NCBI GenBank assembly: GCA_024704765.1
Contig: JAKMXF010000087.1
Span: forward strand, 1-28,910
Length of the DNA: 28,910 nt
Source of the DNA: Oopsacas minuta
Lineage: Eukaryota; Animalia; Porifera
Reading direction: 5' to 3'
Shown here: piece by piece, positions 22,901 to 28,910 of the stretch
How the letters are laid out: each line of letters begins with the position of its first letter
Position numbering within the stretch: position 1 is the stretch's first letter
Position numbers and translations under genes: made by a program
Notes under the pieces: model-generated
Told to the model about the DNA's origin: nothing
Seen by the model: only the letters and a program-made list of their open reading frames with translations
The model's database searches: none

Positions 22901-23033
22901 CGTAGTTAGGATTCCTAACTGCTTCTAATGCTGCCAATGATATTTTCGTACTAATTGAACTATGGAGAATTCGAAAAATGCATTGAAATATGTTTTTTAA
23001 AATATGCCTATTTCCCCATATTGCCACACTGTG
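19923..23033 (-). mobile_element. Complete RAG1-like/Transib transposon, copy B, 3111 bp
   Basis: Identical 13-bp TIRs CACAGTGTGGCAA, a second shared block ATGGGGAAATAGG, and a perfect 5-bp TSD TGCTG (19918-19922, 23034-23038). It interrupts the P transposase. Confidence 0.96.
20229..22360 (-). pseudogene. RAG1-like DDE recombinase, 710 aa if one base is restored at 21541-21542
   Basis: The two track ORFs join through a single -1 frameshift (HY[P]LKIKISDGLDGSG). Catalytic D (21510-21512), D (21198-21200) and E (20439-20441), the zinc ligands CHLC and HKLLAH, GGTSTTGN and the terminal SDP are all present. Confidence 0.93.
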
Positions 23034-24176
23034 TGCTGAATGGAGACAAAGGGTACTGGCATTTATCAATCTCAAAATCTTCAAATTTGGAGAAATACAT
23101 TGTCATATCAAAATTCTTCTGATTCAACCAATATTACTACAGTTATTAAAATATGAACAAAATCGAATGTGAGGAAGAGAAATCTAGTAGGATCAAATGG
23201 ATGAGGCACCCTAGTTTCCAATTTGCCAACTCAGAGAAAATAATTTGAAAAGTACTTTTAAAGGATAATTGTCTGTTAAAATTTCATGTACACGTAAACC
23301 ACAATTCTCAATATCAATGATACCCTCTTTGATGATGAGAATATCTTTTCAGCGGAAATAGAACCACAGGGTAATAAACGTGAAATACTAGACCATTTCT
23401 TAGTAAGCTAGTACCATTACCGCGAACACAAATCTGGTTGGGTCCTCTGGGCCCAAATTAGGAGCAAATATTTTCTCTCCTTGATAAGTAATATCAGATT
23501 TAACGTGTATTTCATCTATTTGAAATATGACATTTCTCTCCAATGAACTGAAGGAAGCAGTAGCTTGGGTGAGATGGGTAGAGAAATCGTTATCAAAGCC
23601 AAAACGAAGATTACAATGTATTTAATATCTGAACATGCTGGAGAAATGAGATGAGTCTTAATTGACATGACTTGAGTAACTATATTGTACCGTCGCATGC
23701 TCTTTGGAATAAATATATTATGTAATTGACAGAAGACAAATTGGAGATTGGCTATAACCGAGGAAGAATAGTTTTCACTATCCTCTTTGCTAGCTAACTC
23801 ATAACCTTCTCTATGTGTTGTTTAGCACGAGGAATGGGAAATGAATGTGATTTAGTATGATCATCATCAGATGCAGATTTTGAGGAAATTTGATGTAATA
23901 ATGATTCAATTTGTCGAATATCATTAATTGAATTAAGAGAAGTAAGTAAGTATACAATTTCATAGAACCAGGCGGATACAAATAAAAATGAATTTATTTC
24001 TAGATATTAATCCACTGAAATAGTTTTTTCAACAAGACGAGGAAGAATTTACCTTGTACTAGAATTGTCAGTATGCCATACTAACCAATTACCTGGTAAC
24101 ATAATATTTTTCAACTTAGCTTTTAGATCCTGTAAATTTCTAATAATCAATTTGTGTTTGGCCTAACTCTCAGATT

Positions 24177-24569
24177 TTATACTAATTTGAATGGTTGATT
24201 CAACATTTCTTTCTCTTTTGATTCATGAGACAAACGATGACGTTTGGTTGTAGATGTTGATGAATAATAAGAGGGACAACCAGGAAGTAAACAGAGAATT
24301 GCCCCTTCTTTCAGCCTAAGTTTATCGCGAGGTACACTAGTGAATGTATCGTCACCGTTGGGAACCTTATGAAAATACTCAACATCTTCTTCACGGAAAT
24401 GCTTGATACATACATTAACGACTTTGAGGCGATCAATATCTTCACGGTGAAGAGCGCATATCCAGGCCTGTTTAAGTTCAAGTGGATTCTCTGGCATCCT
24501 GATTATATGCACTCTGTCATCTGGGTAATAATTACATGTGCAACTCGGGGCAGAACAGGCACTGGGCAT
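24177..24569 (-). pseudogene. THAP zinc-finger N-terminus of the P-element transposase
   Basis: MPSACSAPSC..MPENP..KQAWICAL..VCIKHFREED fits the THAP C2CH consensus (C-x4-C, P, W, C-x2-HF). Confidence 0.85.
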
Positions 24570-24908
24570 CAAAGATGCAATATACAAAGTAAAAGTGAGC
24601 AGTAACGTAAATGGATCATTTTATAACAATAGGTATATGATGTACTATCATTACTAGTAACTAGAGTATATCAGTTAAAAACATTTTTATTGGCATATAT
24701 AACTATTATGCTTAATTTAAACAATATGGTTAATTAAAAATCAGAAATTTGAAAAATTTAAAATGTTTGGTTAGTATAATCGGCTAATAACTAATCCCTG
24801 CTGCAAAAAATGAAGTTACTGTTAGGCCTTATATATAGTAGGCTATGACCTAACAAAGCATATTAACTGAGCACAGGAAGAAACATCAACAGATCCAACT
24901 TAATACTA

Positions 24909-26222
24909 CAGTCTGTCAACTTGAAATTGGGAAGATCTTTGTTTTTCCCTAGCTACAAGTACATTTAGTGTATTTCTATTCTAAATATGTTATTAGAATC
25001 CTTAAACAATCAATAATATAGTAGGCCTAATAATTTATCTTATTTCCGTTACTTTTCCGTACTAATTTGACTCTTTTTGGCATCGATGACCAAATGGACG
25101 TAAAATTCATGTTCTAAAGAATTCCATACTCCATTTAGCTCCCTTTCCAGCTCATTTAAATTTCGTGGTGACTTCAAATCGATTTCTCTCTTGATCCACG
25201 ACCAGAGGTTCTCGATCGGATTCAAATCCGGACTACAAGCAGGCCAATCCATCCTATGTATCCTTTAGCAAGGTTGCATGTGTGTTTGGGATCCTTGTCT
25301 TCCTGGAAAACCCATCCATCAGGGTACAAGACGCTTGTCTACTAAACATTCGTGCAGAATGTCGCAATAAAGTCGCCCGGTGAGATTTTCTCTGAAAATC
25401 TTGATAGGAAACGTTCCACGTGCTGAAAACGCTCCCCAAACATGCAATTTAGGAGAGTGTTTCGTACTGGGTTTTACTGGTTTCGAATCACCTTTACACC
25501 AGACACATACTCTGCCACCAGCTAGCCAAATGGTCATCTCGTCGCTAAATATCACTTTCTCCCAATCTCTACATCTGTTAGACTTAGCCCAATCGACACG
25601 ATAAGCCTTATGGGTTTGTGTAAGTATCGGAATCTTTCTAGTAACCTTGCGGCTGAAGCCACGCCGCTTCATCTCAATCCTTACAGCCTCGTGTGAGAAC
25701 GATAGACCCCGCCTTTTGTTAAATTTGCAAGTCAACTTCCTCACAGATAACCTAGGATTGTTGATTGCCAAACTAACAAGTGATCTAGCGTTATTTACTT
25801 TGATCTGACGCTGTTACCCGGAACCAATCTTTCTATCAACGGATTCAGCATTCCTCAATTTGTAAACAGTGCGATAAACTGTACTTTTTGGAACTCCAGT
25901 TCTTCGAGATAATTCCATACAATTCGTGATTCCTGTGTCGAAAAGTATCTTGATATTGTTACGCTGTTCTTGCTCGTTCATTTTAAGGTTTTGAATTGAT
26001 GAAAGTAAAGAATTATTAGCGAAGAAATAGAAGTGTTGCGAGAAATTCAAGTGATAAATATTTTGTAACCGCAGTCAGCTAGAGAAGTTCAGTTGGTTAA
26101 GAAATGACTAGGAATAGTTGAAAACCACAAACTATCAATATTATTACGATAACCAATTTGAAAATGCAATTAGGAACATTCTAACATCGAAAAGATTTTC
26201 CCAATTTCAAGTTGACAGACTG
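24909..26222 (-). mobile_element. Complete Tc1-type element, 1314 bp, transposase disrupted
   Basis: 25-bp identical TIRs CAGTCTGTCAACTTGAAATTGGGAA with TA on both sides. Motifs VIFSDE, HVWGAFS, FQEDKDPKH and WPACSPDLNPIENLW. One in-frame stop (25814) and two frameshifts. Removing it restores the hAT frame GIF-SIKLD. Confidence 0.95.
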
Positions 26223-26289
26223 TAAATATTCCCAATGGTGCTGCTTTTACCTTGGCTTTAACCTGTAACTTGACACCTTCTGACATATC

Positions 26290-27150
26290 TACGATACGAC
26301 GTAAAAAGCAGTAATTGTGCCAATCAAACATTTCAGTCGGAAAATAATGGGAAATAGCGATATTTAAACTTTTATTACATTCTAGAATTGGGTATCAGAG
26401 ATGTCGCAGAATCTTTTGTATTAGTACTCGGAAAATTTCAGATAAATCAACTTCACGTATAATGTTTTCTAATAACCTGATATCATTGATTGAGGAAAAC
26501 GAGCGCTGAATTTTGTTCTTTTCCTTATGAAAAGATGTATAAATAAACGTGCATCAACAATTATATATCGTTCAATAGTGGAAACTTCGTTACAAAAATG
26601 AATCTTAAGAAATAGTATGTTAGAAGAATCAAGGCGATGGAAAAACCAACCGTTTTAGACTTCGATCATGTAACACAACTTTAGGCATGAAATCATGAGC
26701 TTGATTTCGGTCTCTTAAAATTCTCCTCGACTTTTCTTGTACACATCCTGCATACTCTTCTCCTCTTTATCGTCTAGAGATAGCCTTTGGGTTTTAGCAA
26801 CTGCATCTGTGAAATAGGTTGAACTATTTGGAAAGATACTAGGAATTGCATATCTCTTAAGAATAACTGTTTTCCTGGGCATCTTGATCATCTCAACTCG
26901 TTAAATTATTCAATATACTTCTCGATATCTTCTTTGCGGAAATGATGTATACAGATCTTTAAAGAGAGAACTAATTATACTATATCACCGACAAATTTTT
27001 ATAAAAACTGACCAAAATCGTTTATTTTTCTCGTAGTCTCCTTTCGGTCGGGAATCGCTCGAAACAACTTTTCATGAGTTTCAACATCCGTAGGAAAGCA
27101 AAAGTAGGCACGTATGAATTACCTTGACTGTGATAATTCTACCTACAACC
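26290..27150 (-). pseudogene. Second THAP/P-element fragment, truncated at both ends
   Basis: PGCR*NY..TFAFPTD..LFRAIP, ICIHHFRKEDIEKY and LKRYAIPSIFP..QRLSLDDKE are collinear with the THAP region at 24177-24569 but clearly diverged. Confidence 0.7.
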
Positions 27151-27152
27151 AG

Positions 27153-28651
27153 GGGCCTTATTAACTAAACTTATTAAGTCAAATTCTTAGAATTTTGCTA
27201 AACTTTAAGTAAATTCTTAGACTAATTCTAAGAATTCGAACAATTCTAAAAAATATATAGTGAGGTAAAGAGGACACTTAACTTATATTTAATTCTACTT
27301 TTCTGTGAAATTACAATAAATATGCATTTATTTACAGAGAAGATTGTTAATGGTTTAAGAAAATATGTTTGATTATCATATCCACATGTTGTAACAACCA
27401 CAGCATAGAACTAGTCGAACTACATACCAACTATATTTAGATACTATTTCTTGATGTCACTCTGAATTGTATTCTGATATCAATAAATGTATTTATGTAA
27501 TTATATCCCATATATTTTGAAATATAATAGTGTTGTATCTAAACTAAGGTAAACAAAGTTAATGTCATTTGAGTGACGTCCTGCAAAATATACGCAATCT
27601 ATGCAATTTTATCCATCTACGTATACTATCATCCTTAGTGATAAGTATAAATAATAATACAATGTTAATTATTTATGATTATATCTTAACAATCGCTCCA
27701 ATTATGATCACTGGAAAATCGAAACTCGTTCAAAGAATTTTACTCAGGAGGAGATAATCTCACTGGTGGATCTCATTCATGATCAAAAATCGAAATTCTT
27801 CGGCGCTCTAACATCAACTCAGACTTTCGATGATAAGAACAAAATCTAGGAAGAAATTTCAGGGAGGCTGTCTGAATTACATGGGAATGTAAGAACAAGA
27901 GATGATATCATGAAAAATGGTAATATACTATCAAAACATAAGCCTCGTATTGCAGATAAGATAGAATTAGCAAGAAAAACTGGAGGAGGTCCTGCAGATG
28001 CTGATTTAAATGAAATAGAAGCTAAAATCAGTAGCATCAAAGGGAAGGAAGCTTTTGAAGGCATTGAATCGGGTATCGATCTCTCTCTTGAATCCCAATG
28101 TTCAAATGATGAAACTGAAAGGATGCTGATGAGCCCAGTTCCCTCTGAAGAAATTGAACAAATAAAGCTTTTCCAACCAGCCCCAAGAGAACGTCATCGT
28201 TTGGAGAATTAGGAATTGGAATCGACCAAACGTGGAATATTAGAGAAAGAAGATAAGAAATTGGAGATTTTAGCTAACATCGATTCTAAGCTAGATCGAC
28301 TTGAGAGTAAATTCGATCGAGTGATGGAGATTTTGCAACATACAGCAGCGTATCAATCAAAGACAATTTCTCTTCTGATGGCTTAAACTATGCCTCCTTT
28401 GCCGCATTTTCAGACATTGCCCCCTTCATTTCTTACTTTTAATTTGTCTTCATTGCCTCATTACTTTCAAAATCAAGATTAGGAATCCATAATTAAGATT
28501 ATTATGCTATAAGTAAATCAGAGCCTAATGCATTCATGTGCTCAGTTAATTAATTAAACTTCCTATCTCATGTGACATAGTTTATAATTATATTTTCTCT
28601 AACTAAAATCCTATTATCTGAATGTTCAGTGTGGTCTGTTTCGGTGTAGGG
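27153..28651. mobile_element. PIF/Harbinger element, left part
   Basis: Terminus GGGCCTTATTAACTAAAC after a CAG candidate TSD, subterminal AAATTCTTAG repeats (27181, 27211) and a Myb/SANT-like ORF on +. A possible convergent transposase tail (RILVRENIIINYVT*) lies on the minus strand near 28560-28650. The right end is not in the window. Confidence 0.65.
27704..28386 (+). pseudogene. Myb/SANT-like DNA-binding protein of Harbinger type
   Basis: KNFTQEEIISLVDLI..KNKI*EEI..RTRDDIMK..ARKTGGGP..GIESGID; the stop sits where the conserved Trp is expected. Further stops and frameshifts are present. Confidence 0.8.
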
Positions 28652-28910
28652 CACGGGTCTCTCAGAAAATCATATTGATCGAAAAAACGAGGTCCTTGAG
28701 ATTTTTCATGATTCTTGTGTAGAATTTTGCGTAGAATCCGATTCTGTTGCCAAGAAAATATTTCTCACACAAATTTTTGAGTTATTTTATATTTTTTTGT
28801 AAAAAAAAAATTTTTTTAGTTCCCATTTTTATATGTTGTCGGGTTGCTAATTTATCATATTAGAATCATCGTTATCACTCATACATTGAATATAATACAT
28901 CCATCAGTCA
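28652..28910. mobile_element. Possible left end of a non-autonomous CACGG-ended (Chapaev-like) element
   Basis: An abrupt switch from coding-like Harbinger sequence to CACGGGTCTCTC followed by AT-rich subterminal-like sequence. The partner end is outside the window. Confidence 0.35.

Larger units (their letters stand above)
16305..24847 (-). mobile_element. P-superfamily (THAP9-like) element, about 3.1 kb once two nested insertions are removed
   Basis: 30-bp TIRs starting CATAG (27/30 match) and a 7-bp TSD ACCTGAC/ACCTAAC with one mismatch. Removing it restores the hAT frame CFVR-CIND. The decayed transposase shows a THAP domain, TDN, FDFVHIL, ERQNVRLVLKVF and LAFIGGY..CRLC. Confidence 0.88.
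13240..26290 (-). mobile_element. Charlie-type hAT transposase relic, split by nested insertions
   Basis: Ordered minus-strand fragments: RRIVDMS..FSIKLD (about 26290-26225), SVDVSSCAQLICFVR (24906-24848), CINDDDFRE..ICTDEAPAIVG (16297-16106), VIQIVNYIK and LAYLVDIF (about 14110-13450), and PVLSK..LPI (about 13330-13240). TIRs were not identified, so boundaries are approximate. Confidence 0.8.

Noticed and set aside
22361-23006. Hidden RAG2-like or accessory ORF in the leader of copy B
   Set aside because: The region is AT-rich with frequent stops in all frames. The 22833-23084 and 22990-23172 ORFs cross the insertion junction and are chimeric.
27181-27240. Short AAATTCTTAG repeats as a CRISPR-like array
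   Set aside because: Two direct copies and one inverted partial copy next to a transposon terminus fit subterminal repeats; the context is eukaryotic and there are no cas genes.

Overview
AT-rich eukaryotic (animal-like) DNA. It holds one clearly intact host gene, an intronless MKK7-like MAP kinase kinase (10072-11679, +), among cut-and-paste DNA transposons from at least six superfamilies. No retroelement, rRNA, tRNA or CRISPR array could be supported. The right half resolves into a nested set confirmed by target-site duplications (TSDs) and restored reading frames. A Charlie-type hAT relic (about 13240-26290) carries a Tc1 element (24909-26222) and a THAP/P element (16305-24847). The P element in turn carries a Chapaev3 element (16849-19168) and a complete RAG1-like/Transib element (19923-23033). 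The RAG1-like element is the highlight. It has a perfect 5-bp TSD, the canonical RSS heptamer CACAGTG at both ends, and bipartite ends with unequal spacers (7 vs 16 bp). Its roughly 710-aa recombinase is one base from intact, has RAG1-like D-D-E spacing and a segment resembling the nonamer-binding domain, and has no RAG2 partner. A second, diverged and decayed family member (711-3039) keeps the same 16-bp end architecture. All alignments were done by eye and reference residue numbers are recalled, not computed.
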